This document shows, in pieces, positions 28,836-38,869 of a DNA stretch of 64,000 bases; position 1 is the first letter of the stretch, and every line of letters begins with the position of its first letter. A model generated the notes under the pieces. The model worked only from the letters and a program-made list of their open reading frames with translations, ran no database searches and was not told where the DNA came from. A program made the position numbers and the translations under genes. The DNA comes from Patescibacteria group bacterium. GTDB lineage: Bacteria > Patescibacteriota > Minisyncoccia > Phycocordibacterales > SIBU01. The stretch is from the NCBI GenBank assembly GCA_040390045.1, contig JAZJZC010000001.1, positions 254,318 through 318,317 on the forward strand, given 5' to 3'.

Positions 28836-30581
28836 TTATTTAAGTGGCGCCGGTTTTTCAATAATAAAATCTCCAAGGGCAAGTGCGTCAATTCCTGAAT
28901 CGAAAAAACAGCGGATGGCTTCTCTCGGCGAACAGGCAATCGGCTCTCCCATGATATTCATCGACGTGTTGAGAAGAACCGGTGTGCCTGTAATTTTTCC
29001 AAACTCAGTTATCAATTTCCAATATCGTGGATTATCTTTCTGGGTGACAGTCTGAGGACGCAAAGTGCCGTCAACATGGACCACCGCGGGCAATTCATGT
29101 TTTCTTTCAGGCTTGCAATCGAATGACGTCACCATAAATTTCTCTGCGCGAGGCTTCACCAAATATTTTTCTTTGACCTCGTCTGCCATTGATGGACAAA
29201 ATGGTCGGAACGCTTCGCGAAACTTTACTCGCGCATTGATGATGTCTTTATTCTCAGCTTTCTTCGGACTCATTAAAATCGAACGATTGCCCAAAGCGCG
29301 CGGACCAGATTCCATTCGTCCTTGAAACCAGGCGATGATTTTGTCTTCAGAAAGCATGTGAGCCACCTCGGAACAAACGTCGTTTGATTTGCGATACTGC
29401 AATCGGCGTTCCTTTAAAATTTTCTCAATCTCGTCATTTGAATATTCAGGCCCCCAGTACAAATGATCCGCCACAGGATTTTTCAAATGTCCTCCCTCAC
29501 TTGCCACAAAAAGCGCCGCTCCGAGTGGCAACCCCGCGTCTCCTGGATTTGGATATGGATGATGAGTTTCTACTTTTCCCGACTGCCAAATTCTTTGATT
29601 GAGCTTAACGTTGAGGAAAATTCCACCAGATGTCGCCAAAATTTTGGTGTCCTCTTTGCTAAGCCACGGCAAAACAAATTCCATCGCTTGCTCTTCAAGC
29701 ACCCTCTGGGCTTCAGCGGAAACATCTTCCTTGCCATACTTTTTTACAATTTCGGCAATGCGGAGGGCCTCATCAGAATGCCAGTGAATCGAACCGAGCA
29801 ATTTAAATTCTTTAGTTTCCGGAAAGTTGTACGGCTTCACCAATTCTCCATTTTTAAATTCAGGATAAAAACCATCTAACACTCCGCGAACTTTTGAGAG
29901 GTCACCGTACGGCGCAAGCCCCATAGTTTTTCCCTCGCCATCTCCATGCCACCAGCCGATAGCCTCAGTGACATTGCTGTAAAACCAACCAAGTGAACTT
30001 TTAAAATCATATTTAACGAGCGGATAAATTTTACCATTCTCCCCTCTCCAAATGCACGATGATTTACCGTCACCTGATCCGTCCATGGTGGCGATAACCA
30101 TTTTCCGATTATCATTTGCGGTAAAGTAGGCGCCAGCGGCATGGGCTAAGTGATGTTCAACAAACGTAACCTTGGGAAGTTTTTCAAGAAAAAAATCTCG
30201 GCAGTACAGAGGTGTTCGTAGGCCGGTACTCGGACGATTGCCGAAAAATAAACTGCGGACGATTCGCTTGCCGGAGAGGTAGATTTTTTCTTTCAGATTT
30301 TCTGCCGGTTTTTCGGGAATAGCTACTTTCAAACCAAAAATACATTCGAGCTGATCGCCAACCGCCAATCCCGCGACCGCGATCTCATCGATTTCTCGCG
30401 CAGAAATACCTGCCATTTTTAAACAAAATTTAATTGAGGCGAACGGCAAATCACTTGAATGCTTAACGTGATTAAAACGCTCCTCGGAAACATCGGCTAC
30501 AATCTGACCGTCAACAATAATCGCCGCACCCGCGCCGTGTCCAAAATGGAGTCCCAAAATAGTGTATTTTTTCTTACTCAT
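28836..30581 (-). CDS. O-carbamoyltransferase (NodU/CmcH family)
   Basis: SEERF..KH, EHHLAHA, DGSGD, EGKTMGLAPYG, GPRALGNRS, KFREAFRPF, NTSMN. Confidence 0.96.
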   Translation of the reverse strand: MSKKKYTILGLHFGHGAGAAIIVDGQIVADVSEERFNHVKHSSDLPFASIKFCLKMAGISAREIDEIAVAGLAVGDQLECIFGLKVAIPEKPAENLKEKIYLSGKRIVRSLFFGNRPSTGLRTPLYCRDFFLEKLPKVTFVEHHLAHAAGAYFTANDNRKMVIATMDGSGDGKSSCIWRGENGKIYPLVKYDFKSSLGWFYSNVTEAIGWWHGDGEGKTMGLAPYGDLSKVRGVLDGFYPEFKNGELVKPYNFPETKEFKLLGSIHWHSDEALRIAEIVKKYGKEDVSAEAQRVLEEQAMEFVLPWLSKEDTKILATSGGIFLNVKLNQRIWQSGKVETHHPYPNPGDAGLPLGAALFVASEGGHLKNPVADHLYWGPEYSNDEIEKILKERRLQYRKSNDVCSEVAHMLSEDKIIAWFQGRMESGPRALGNRSILMSPKKAENKDIINARVKFREAFRPFCPSMADEVKEKYLVKPRAEKFMVTSFDCKPERKHELPAVVHVDGTLRPQTVTQKDNPRYWKLITEFGKITGTPVLLNTSMNIMGEPIACSPREAIRCFFDSGIDALALGDFIIEKPAPLK

Positions 30582-30680
30582 TTTAAAATTCTTAATCCAA
30601 GAAATCGTATCACAGGATGTGTTCCCCAGCAAAATTTCAACTTTTTATATTCCTCCACTTATGCTAAATTGTTGTGACTT

Positions 30681-31958
30681 ATGCATATCGGGTTCTATTT
30701 CGAAAGTGTAAAACAAGAAGGTGGCGCCTACCAAGTAGCGCTCAACCACCTCGAAGCCCTCCGTGACATACAAAATCACGAATTTATTATCTTTAACACT
30801 TCGCTCGATTTTCCCTTTGATGATTTTAAAAATCTGCCAAATTTTAAAATTATTGATCTCATTAAACGTCCGAAAAACAAAACCGAGGAAAACCCTTCTC
30901 CCACAAGCACTGCTCAAAAAAAGCAAAACCTAAAAAGAAAAGTGGTTTTGTTTTTTTTGGATATTTTAAGGTTTTTTCATCTCTACCGACTGGAAAATTT
31001 TCTAGCCAGATTTAAAGCTCGAGCTCGAGCGAAAATTTTTGACGGCTATGGACTCGACCTTTTGTTGTTCCATGGTACGTCTGAACTTTCGATTTATACC
31101 AACATTCCATCAGTCGTTATTATTCACGACATTCACCACCGCCTCTATCCGCAATTTCCTGAAATGTCTGAAAAAGGTCAGTGGACTAAACGAGAATATA
31201 CCTACAGCCGCATCGACAAAAACACTTTCAGAATTTACGTTGATTCCGAAGTAGGAAAAGAAGATTTAGCACGCGTCTACAACATTGACCCGAAAAAAAT
31301 TGTCATCCTGCGTCCCCTGCCGCCTCCGTATATTCGAACGGAAATTTCGCAATCCGAACTTGTAGAAATTCGCAAAAAATATAATTTACCGGAAAAATTT
31401 CTGTTTTACCCCGCGCAATTTTGGCCACATAAAAATCACAAAAACTTAGTGCTTGCGGCAAAAATTCTCCGCGACCAAGGCGTTACTGTTCCTATCGTTC
31501 TTGTTGGATCGAAAAAAGAGCTCTGGGGAGAATATGATCGAGTGGTCAACCTCGTTAAAGAAAGTGGATTGGAAAGACAAGTCCTATTTCTAGGCTTCGT
31601 CCCAATTGAAGACATTTCGCCGCTGTATCGCCTCGCCACCGGACTTATCATGCCGGTCTATGTCGGTTGGACCTACGTACCGATTGTTGAGGCTTGGGCC
31701 ATGGAGTGTCCTATAATTTATTCGACTGCGCGCGGTTGTAGAGAACAAGGAGGAGATAGCGCTCTGTACGTTGACCCGTACAAACCAGAAGACATCGCTC
31801 TAAAAATAAAAGAATTTTGGCAGAATCCGCAACTGAGAGCGACACTTATTGAAAACGGCAAGCTACGCTTGGCAGCTTGGACGAGAAAAGATTTTAACAG
31901 TACAATTGAGAACGTCATCAATGAATTCGAACAACAAAAACACCATTCCAGTAAATGA
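30681..31958 (+). CDS. GT4 glycosyltransferase
   Basis: HDIHH..YP.FPE, YPAQFWPHKNH, P.VEAW. Confidence 0.92.
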   Translation: MHIGFYFESVKQEGGAYQVALNHLEALRDIQNHEFIIFNTSLDFPFDDFKNLPNFKIIDLIKRPKNKTEENPSPTSTAQKKQNLKRKVVLFFLDILRFFHLYRLENFLARFKARARAKIFDGYGLDLLLFHGTSELSIYTNIPSVVIIHDIHHRLYPQFPEMSEKGQWTKREYTYSRIDKNTFRIYVDSEVGKEDLARVYNIDPKKIVILRPLPPPYIRTEISQSELVEIRKKYNLPEKFLFYPAQFWPHKNHKNLVLAAKILRDQGVTVPIVLVGSKKELWGEYDRVVNLVKESGLERQVLFLGFVPIEDISPLYRLATGLIMPVYVGWTYVPIVEAWAMECPIIYSTARGCREQGGDSALYVDPYKPEDIALKIKEFWQNPQLRATLIENGKLRLAAWTRKDFNSTIENVINEFEQQKHHSSK

Positions 31959-33054
31959 ATCTATCATTTCTGATGAAGCAAAAAAAAACGTGGCGGAAGC
32001 GCTCTCTTCTGGTTGGCTTTCTTCTGGCGGCCCGTTTGTAGGAAAATTTGAAACAGACTTTGCAAAATATTTTGGAACCAAACATGCAGTCACGGTAACA
32101 AACGGCGGCGCAGCGCTCCACATTGCACTCCTTGCGCTTAACATAGGAAAAGGCGACGAAGTAATCGTGCCAGCGTTTACTATGGCTGCGCCGTGGTTTG
32201 CCGTCATGTACACCGGAGCTACTCCAGTTTTTGTAGACTGCGAACTTGAAACTTTTAATATTGATCCGGGCAAAATCGAAGCCAAAATTACTCCAAAAAC
32301 CCGAGCTATTATTCCCGTACACATTTATGGTCACTCCTGCGATATGGATCCGATTCTAGCGATTGCCAAGAAACACAAACTCTTTGTAATAGAAGACGCT
32401 GCGGAAGCTCACGGAGGAGAGTACAAGGGGAAATTATGTGGCGCCATGGGAGATTTTGGTTGTTTTAGTTTTTATGCTAATAAAATTATCAGTACGGGTG
32501 AAGGTGGCATGGTCATCACAAACAACACCGACTGGGCAGAAAAAGCGAGACAACTAAAATCCTATAATTTTTCAAAAGCCAAGAGATTCATTCACGATGA
32601 AATTGGTTACAACTACCGCATGGGAAATCTTCAAGCGGCGGTTGGTTGCGGAGAGTTGGAAAATCTTTCTGTCTACCTAGAAAAAAAAGAACAGATGGCG
32701 CAGAGATATAATAATGGATTATCAAAAATCGCTGGTTTACGTTTACCGATCACTAAGCCTGACGTAAAAAACGTCTACTGGATGTACGCGGTACTCGTTG
32801 ATGAAAAAACTTTTGGCATGAACAGAAACGAATTGCGAAGTAAATTGCTCGAAAAAAATATTGATACCCGAGATTTCTTTTATGCTCCAGAAGATCAGCC
32901 GGTTCTCAAGGACTTACTGAAAAACGAAAAGTTTCCCAACGCCAAGTACGCTGGTGATCACGGACTCTACCTGCCTTCAGGGCTCGCCATTACCGACGAG
33001 CAAATTGAAGCTGTCATACAGGCTATTAAAGAAATTTATGAGAAACAAAATTAA
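31921..33054 (+). CDS. DegT/DnrJ aminotransferase (perosamine synthase-like)
   Basis: PVHIYG, EDAAEAHG, FSFYANK..STGEGG, GYNYRM. Confidence 0.93.
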   Translation: MNSNNKNTIPVNESIISDEAKKNVAEALSSGWLSSGGPFVGKFETDFAKYFGTKHAVTVTNGGAALHIALLALNIGKGDEVIVPAFTMAAPWFAVMYTGATPVFVDCELETFNIDPGKIEAKITPKTRAIIPVHIYGHSCDMDPILAIAKKHKLFVIEDAAEAHGGEYKGKLCGAMGDFGCFSFYANKIISTGEGGMVITNNTDWAEKARQLKSYNFSKAKRFIHDEIGYNYRMGNLQAAVGCGELENLSVYLEKKEQMAQRYNNGLSKIAGLRLPITKPDVKNVYWMYAVLVDEKTFGMNRNELRSKLLEKNIDTRDFFYAPEDQPVLKDLLKNEKFPNAKYAGDHGLYLPSGLAITDEQIEAVIQAIKEIYEKQN

Positions 33055-33877
33055 GAAAATTTTTTTAGCAATTACTCCACCAGCCGCGGTACTGCTGGCT
33101 AAAAAAATTTTCGCTCGGAGCCAATATGAATACACCGGCGACTTTGCCAATTGGGAAACTGCGTACAAACAATCAAGCGGCTATGACGATGGTGCAGTTT
33201 TTGAAAAAGTAAAAAAAGCCAGACTACGGGTGCTTTCAGGAGAAAAGAAATACGAGCGAGATTCTGTGGTTTTTGATTCAGTTCAATACTTTTGGCCACT
33301 CCTCTCTGCACTCCTCTTTGCTGCGGCGGAAGAAAAGGGACGACTTTCCGTACTTGATTTTGGAGGCTCTCTCGGTTCAACCTATTTTCAAAACCTAAGC
33401 TTTTTAAAAAATCTCCCGAGTCTTTCTTGGGGTGTTGTAGAGCAAAAACATTTCGTGGAATTCGGAAAAAAATCAGTCGCCAATCCCTCACTGTCATTTT
33501 TTGAAACCATAGAAGAATGTGCCACACAGCTGAAACCGAATGTTGCTCTGTTCTCCAGTTCGATCCAATACCTAGAACGTCCGTACGAAATTTTAGAAAA
33601 AATAAAAAAATTAGGTCTCCCCTACTTAATCTTTGACCGAACAACTATTCTTGATTTCGAACCAGATCGAATTACCCTGCAAACTATTTCCAAAAGAATT
33701 TACGACGCTTGTTTCCCAACGTGGTTTTTAAGCCGTGAAAAATTAATTTCATTTCTCAACGATTCGTATGAGCACATCGAGGAGTGGCCTTCTCTCGGAG
33801 ATCCACTGGCCCTTTCGAGAGCAACAGGACGATATAAAGGTTTCCTGTTTAAACTTAAAAATAAACCGAACCTCTAA
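33038..33877 (+). CDS. Methyltransferase (TIGR04325-like)
   Basis: YERDSV.F, VLDFGGSLGSTYFQ, W.VVEQ, SSSIQY. Confidence 0.85.
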   Translation: MRNKIKKIFLAITPPAAVLLAKKIFARSQYEYTGDFANWETAYKQSSGYDDGAVFEKVKKARLRVLSGEKKYERDSVVFDSVQYFWPLLSALLFAAAEEKGRLSVLDFGGSLGSTYFQNLSFLKNLPSLSWGVVEQKHFVEFGKKSVANPSLSFFETIEECATQLKPNVALFSSSIQYLERPYEILEKIKKLGLPYLIFDRTTILDFEPDRITLQTISKRIYDACFPTWFLSREKLISFLNDSYEHIEEWPSLGDPLALSRATGRYKGFLFKLKNKPNL

Positions 33878-34938
33878 GCTTTTTCTAAAATATTTTTTAC
33901 CTGTTCGGTTAGGACCGCGCTCGCGCATCGAGTCTTGTATAACTCTTGAGCGCCTAAAGAAATCTGGGCTCTGAGCACAGAATTTTTCTGTAACTCCATT
34001 ATTTTTTCAGCGAGCGCTTCGGGATTTTCAGCCGGTACAAAAAGCGCGTTTACTCTATCCGTCAAAAGTTCGCGGTTACTTTTTGAATCGCGGGTAATAA
34101 ATGGCAGGCCAAGGGCCAGCGCTTCAAAATTTTTATTCTGAATGGTTCGATCGAGGCGTTCGTGATTGCTAAATTGTCCGAGCATTACCTCTGCCGCAAG
34201 CATCGTTTTGCGCAACTCCTCCGTTGAAAGAAAATGAGTAATGAGGGTGACGTTCGACAAATCATATTCCACCATCAAATTCTTAACACTCGTCTGGATC
34301 GGCTCCCCCCATCCAATGATCACAAATTTCACCCTCGCACTTTTCAAAACCCTAGCCGCTTCTATGACAACCAAAACTCCGGTCGCTGGTAAAAACATGC
34401 CGCGAAAAACTACCGTAAACTGAGGATTTTTCTTCACGGTAGGATCAGGATAAAAAACAGCTTCATCAACTCCGGTAAAAACCACTTCGAGTTTGCTCGG
34501 ACTCACGAAAAAATTCTGAGCAATAAAAAGTTTCTGCTGTTCACTCTCAACCAAGATCACATCAGAAAAATAAAAAGCAAAAATATCAGCAATTTTGATT
34601 ATCCAGGCTTTTACAGAAGACTGCGGGTAGATTTCCCTATCAAGCACTGACCGGTCATACCAAGAATCGAGCGCATTAAAAACAATTTTCTTCTTGGACA
34701 AAAACCAAGCCAAGGGTAGTAGCATGGTACTCAAATATCCAACCCATAAAATATCGTACTGACCTTTAAGCGCCTGATGTTTTTTGGCTAATTGAAAAAA
34801 TTTTTTAATCCCGCGAGAATTATCAACACATTCAATGACCGTGTATCCAAGTTTTTTTAGGCCCTCCAAATACACCCGATCGCGAGGAGCGGTGGGATTA
34901 TACATTCCGAAATAACAAATAGTTTTTTGAGGATTCAT
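33874..34938 (-). CDS. GT4 glycosyltransferase
   Basis: TGVD, FRG.F.P..G, LGQF......IQNK.FEALA.G.P. Confidence 0.9.
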   Translation of the reverse strand: MNPQKTICYFGMYNPTAPRDRVYLEGLKKLGYTVIECVDNSRGIKKFFQLAKKHQALKGQYDILWVGYLSTMLLPLAWFLSKKKIVFNALDSWYDRSVLDREIYPQSSVKAWIIKIADIFAFYFSDVILVESEQQKLFIAQNFFVSPSKLEVVFTGVDEAVFYPDPTVKKNPQFTVVFRGMFLPATGVLVVIEAARVLKSARVKFVIIGWGEPIQTSVKNLMVEYDLSNVTLITHFLSTEELRKTMLAAEVMLGQFSNHERLDRTIQNKNFEALALGLPFITRDSKSNRELLTDRVNALFVPAENPEALAEKIMELQKNSVLRAQISLGAQELYKTRCASAVLTEQVKNILEKA

Positions 34939-36404
34939 TTTGTAACTTTAGTGCGTGTATAGACACTATACCCGTGAACGGCTGGAATTTCCACGTACTG
35001 CTCACGTAAAACTTTTTCTCCGGCTTTAGCAAACTGATTATTTGGATCAGTCACAATCACCTCCGGTGGAACTTTCATAAGAACAGGATTTTCGCCAACA
35101 ATCGGTAAGCCTGCGTTATAAAACGTGAGATACGAATACGACGGATCAAGTAGCACGGAAAGCTCCAAGGCATTAAGCAAACCAATAGTTTCTCCAGGAA
35201 ATTTCTCTTCGATGTACTGCGCCATCTTTAAATCATCATCGCCGAAAAAAACTTGAGCAACCGTAAACATTTGAACAAATTGAAATACAATTAAAATACC
35301 TAATATTGAACTTGTAATAAGTTTTTCACTAATCGAAATTTTCTGAAATTTTTCTTTGAAGTACGAAACCGCGAGCGCGATAGCTTTCGGTAGAATAAAA
35401 AGAATTAAAAGTTCGGCAATTAAAATGTAGCGCAACCAACCAGGCGACCGCAGGTAGTAGATAAAAGCCAAAACCGAATATATAAGCGTAAAGGTAAAAA
35501 GTGGTTTTAATTTTTCTTCTTTCAAAATAATTCTTGCGCCGACAATAAGCAGAAAAAATAGGCCGAAATAAATGAGAGTTGAAGAATGGAAAAATCCCGC
35601 GAGGTTGTTTGCCACGTTTTCCGAGATGGAAGAACTGAAGGGATTTTTATAAAAATTGCTCAGTCCAATCCAAGTTTCAGAGGTGAAAGGTTTTGGAATT
35701 AAAATCAAAATCCAGAGAAGTCCGGCGGGGATCATGCCGAGGCCAAGCATCAAGATTTTTCTAAAAAACCCTCTCCATTCAAAAAGAAACGTTACCACAA
35801 TTGCTGGAATGATCAGTCCAAAGACTGAAGGCTTGGCCACCACGGCGAGTCCCCACAAAAGTCCCGCCACAAAATATTTTTGTTTTTCAAGTAAAAAGTA
35901 AAAACCAGCCAAAAGAAATGCAAATCCAGGAATTTCTCCAACTACAGTTCGTCCACTTCCATAAAATGACGCAAAGCTGGCGATGAGCAATAAACTTCCC
36001 CACGCCTGCTCTTTTGAAAATAACTTCTTGGCCAGAAAAAAAACTGCCGATAGTAGAATTAAAATCCAAAGCACCATAAACGTCCGCGCTTGATAGATAC
36101 CGTAACCAAAGATTTTGAAAAATCCGGCCAGAGAAATGGTAACCGGGTAACCAGTCGACTGAATAAACGCCGGCGGTTCAAAAAAAGTATTCGGAGAAAT
36201 TTGAGGACTGAGCACGCCATGAGTAAGGAAACTTCTCGCGATACTGATACTAATCGCTTCATCAATCCAGAGCCGAGGCTTAGTCACAAGCGTTGAAACA
36301 GAAAAAATTATGACAAAAATAATTGTTGCTAAAAAAACAATAATTGAAACATGTTCTGAAAAAAATTGTCGAACTGTTTTTCGCGGAATTTGTTCTTCTA
36401 ACAT
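34935..36404 (-). CDS. GT-C (ArnT/PMT-like) membrane glycosyltransferase
   Basis: WIDEA after first TM; about 11 TM segments; GL...KP. Confidence 0.8.
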   Translation of the reverse strand: MLEEQIPRKTVRQFFSEHVSIIVFLATIIFVIIFSVSTLVTKPRLWIDEAISISIARSFLTHGVLSPQISPNTFFEPPAFIQSTGYPVTISLAGFFKIFGYGIYQARTFMVLWILILLSAVFFLAKKLFSKEQAWGSLLLIASFASFYGSGRTVVGEIPGFAFLLAGFYFLLEKQKYFVAGLLWGLAVVAKPSVFGLIIPAIVVTFLFEWRGFFRKILMLGLGMIPAGLLWILILIPKPFTSETWIGLSNFYKNPFSSSISENVANNLAGFFHSSTLIYFGLFFLLIVGARIILKEEKLKPLFTFTLIYSVLAFIYYLRSPGWLRYILIAELLILFILPKAIALAVSYFKEKFQKISISEKLITSSILGILIVFQFVQMFTVAQVFFGDDDLKMAQYIEEKFPGETIGLLNALELSVLLDPSYSYLTFYNAGLPIVGENPVLMKVPPEVIVTDPNNQFAKAGEKVLREQYVEIPAVHGYSVYTRTKVTK

Positions 36405-36522
36405 TGCACCATCATAGTCAAAAAAAACTACTCCTGCAATAACGTATTGGTTAATAAGATTGTTTTGACTTCATTTTTTTCATGTGATAGTTTGGCAACA
36501 GAATAGAAAACTAAAAATAAAA

Positions 36523-36999
36523 ATGAAAAGGTACAAAAAAAACCTCTGGGTTCGGATCATTGAAAAACTGGACGACGACTTTCTCGGCATCTGTCCACTC
36601 TGGGTCGCCTTAGTTTTATGCGCTTTAGTCATCTCAGCCGTTTGCGGGTTCTATTGGGTTTCCAAACCCCTCGCACCCGCCGATGAACGATTTGGAGGCG
36701 TTGTTGCTATTCTAAACAAGGATAGCGGCGCACAGGGCAGGAACCTATACCGATTTGCGACACAACTCACAAACTCAATGGAAATATCCTTGAGAGATGC
36801 TTCCACAGAAAATATTCGCTTTTTTGCAGACGTGCCGGCCAGCGAGCCGATGTGGTACATCGAAAAAAAAGTAAGATTCCACCTTTGTGTTGGAGTTCCA
36901 TACGCAATTGAGGTTCACATCCACTCGCCTCGTGACCTTCCTGGGGTCGGGTTAGAATTAAACCCTCGCGGTAACCGCCAAGTTCTCGCCTTCGAGTAA
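36523..36999 (+). CDS. Hypothetical single-TM protein (orphan cassette)
   Basis: ORF with promoter TTGACT-17-TAGTTT (36465-36493) and terminator at 37006-37041. Confidence 0.65.
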   Translation: MKRYKKNLWVRIIEKLDDDFLGICPLWVALVLCALVISAVCGFYWVSKPLAPADERFGGVVAILNKDSGAQGRNLYRFATQLTNSMEISLRDASTENIRFFADVPASEPMWYIEKKVRFHLCVGVPYAIEVHIHSPRDLPGVGLELNPRGNRQVLAFE

Positions 37000-37070
37000 A
37001 TTTCCTAGGCAGATGATCCAATCGGATTGTCTGCCTATTTTCTATACTATTTAATTTGTTAAAACCTCTC

Positions 37071-37932
37071 TTTCTCTATGTAACCTTTCGAGCGAAAGGT
37101 TATAACTTAAAATTTGACAAAACAATAATTTTCGTGTTATCGTGGCGCGAGTCACTTCGAAAAATTCAACTGAGAAAGGCCAGTATGGCTAGTCTTTGGT
37201 ATGCACTTTTCAGCTGGGATGTACCGACCGCAACCCATCAAGAACTTGCCACTGCCCACGCGATCGTAACGCAAGCTCACGGGAGAATGAGGAACGGAAG
37301 TGCTGGGCCAGGAAATCGAATCATGGCAAATGTCACCCGGCTTCTGCACTACCAATTTCCTCATCTTCCAATTATGCCACAAGAGGATGTGGCGTTGGCC
37401 GATCCCACACTTCCCTATTACACCGTCATTGGTGGATTACGGGACACTCGCTGCTTCATGGCAACCGTCGCCAAGAAACACAACACCACGGACGGCGGAT
37501 CTGCAACCGGTGCCTCGAACATGCAATGGAACACTCACGCCATTGCACGAGCCCAAGCGGAAATCTGCAAGCAAAATGGTTGGACGAGGATCATTGTGGT
37601 TGCGTTTCCGATACATTGGGGACGAGCCGCAGCGGTCTACCGGAAACTGGGGTTGACCCCTCTCATGGCTGAGATGCCTGCAGATCTCGGAGCCTACATG
37701 CATCCATATCTGATTCCCAGCGGCCTGCTTGGAATTCAAACTGTCAGCAAGTTCCGAAAGCGAGAACTGCTCTGCCGAATTCTTTTCTGGCTCAAGAATT
37801 GGATTTGAAAATTCGTCTTCGCACCATATCGCAAGCGCCGATCCAAGATTTGGTTCGGCGTTTTTTTCTTAAAAGTTTTGCATAACTTCTTTACCACATG
37901 TAACCTTTCGAGCGAATGGTTACATAGAGAAA
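37071..37932. mobile_element. Single-gene cassette bounded by ~34-bp inverted, internally palindromic ends
   Basis: Left tttctctatgtaacctttcgagcgaaaggttata; reverse complement of right end tttctctatgtaaccattcgctcgaaaggttaca. Confidence 0.65.
37185..37808 (+). CDS. DUF218/YdcF-like protein (orphan cassette)
   Basis: WNT..IA......C...GWTRIIVVAFPIH..RA...Y.KLG, RELL; TTGACA at 37114; terminator at 37835-37867. Confidence 0.65.
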   Translation: MASLWYALFSWDVPTATHQELATAHAIVTQAHGRMRNGSAGPGNRIMANVTRLLHYQFPHLPIMPQEDVALADPTLPYYTVIGGLRDTRCFMATVAKKHNTTDGGSATGASNMQWNTHAIARAQAEICKQNGWTRIIVVAFPIHWGRAAAVYRKLGLTPLMAEMPADLGAYMHPYLIPSGLLGIQTVSKFRKRELLCRILFWLKNWI

Positions 37933-37970
37933 TGCGAGATAAAAAACTAAATTTATTTTTTATTTCAAAA

Positions 37971-38093
37971 TAGAATTTTTGCAGTCAGATGCAGTTCGAG
38001 GCGCAAGTGATTTTGCGACTAAAACGTATTCATATACGTGGCAGGAGCAAAATCGTGAAGCAACGAAGAAGGGCGCTGACTGCAAAAGTTCTA
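37971..38093. mobile_element. 123-bp MITE-like structured element with TA ends
   Basis: tagaatttttgcagtcag / ctgactgcaaaagttcta (17/18); inner gattttgc/gcaaaatc and acgtat/atacgt stems. Confidence 0.7.
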
Positions 38094-38804
38094 ACCGAAA
38101 AACCACTTCATCCACGTCGAAAAAATAAACCACAAAATTCTCGCTCCCCATTTCACAAGGTCATACCAATGACCAGTCAGTGTCGATTCCCCTACGCGCT
38201 CGCCAAACGTAATTGGAATTTCAATGAATTTAATTTTTCTGGAAACCACGAGAAGTAAAAGTTCGGTGGCGAAAAGCGCGTTGGTAGTTTTCCAATGTGG
38301 AGCGAGCTCACGTAAAACTTCTTTGTGAAATAATTTACAGGTACATCCGACATCCGTCAGAGAATTGGTACCGAAAAGTACTTCGATAATTTTCGCTTCA
38401 AACACGTCAGCCATTTTCCTGAGAAAACCCATCGAAGCGCCGTGTAAAATGGCGCTCTGGTTGGTGCGTGTTCCAACCACCACCGGAAAATCTTGGGCGT
38501 ACACTAAAAATCGTTCGAGGTCAGATGCGAGGTAAGTCCCGTCGGGTTCTGATAAAAAAATGTAATCCCCTGTGGCTTCAGTAATCCCGCGCTGGTAGCC
38601 ATATCCATACCCTTGTTTAGTTTCGTGAATAAGTCGGGCTCGAGTTTTTTTCACTTCTTCATCCGTTCCAGCCTCAGCATTGTTATTGATGACAACAACT
38701 TCATCGACAAACCCAGTCGCAAAATAATCTTCGATTGATTGTCGAATTGAAGCTTTTTCTTTGAACGTGGAAAAAACCACTGAAACTTTTTTATTTTTCC
38801 ACAT
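38091..38804 (-). CDS. GT2 polyprenol-phosphate glycosyltransferase (DPM1-like)
   Basis: QGYG.GY, EPDGTY, VVGTR, LTDVGCT, EIPITFGERVGES. Confidence 0.9.
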   Translation of the reverse strand: MWKNKKVSVVFSTFKEKASIRQSIEDYFATGFVDEVVVINNNAEAGTDEEVKKTRARLIHETKQGYGYGYQRGITEATGDYIFLSEPDGTYLASDLERFLVYAQDFPVVVGTRTNQSAILHGASMGFLRKMADVFEAKIIEVLFGTNSLTDVGCTCKLFHKEVLRELAPHWKTTNALFATELLLLVVSRKIKFIEIPITFGERVGESTLTGHWYDLVKWGARILWFIFSTWMKWFFG

Positions 38805-38869
38805 AAGACTGTAATTTTAGTACATAAAAAAATAGCGCACAACTAGGTTGCGCGCTAAACAAAAATATT

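Noticed and set aside
37960-38258. ORFs 37989-38258 (+) and 37960-38151 (-)
   Set aside because: They run through a palindromic element and overlap a real GT2 gene; likely spurious.
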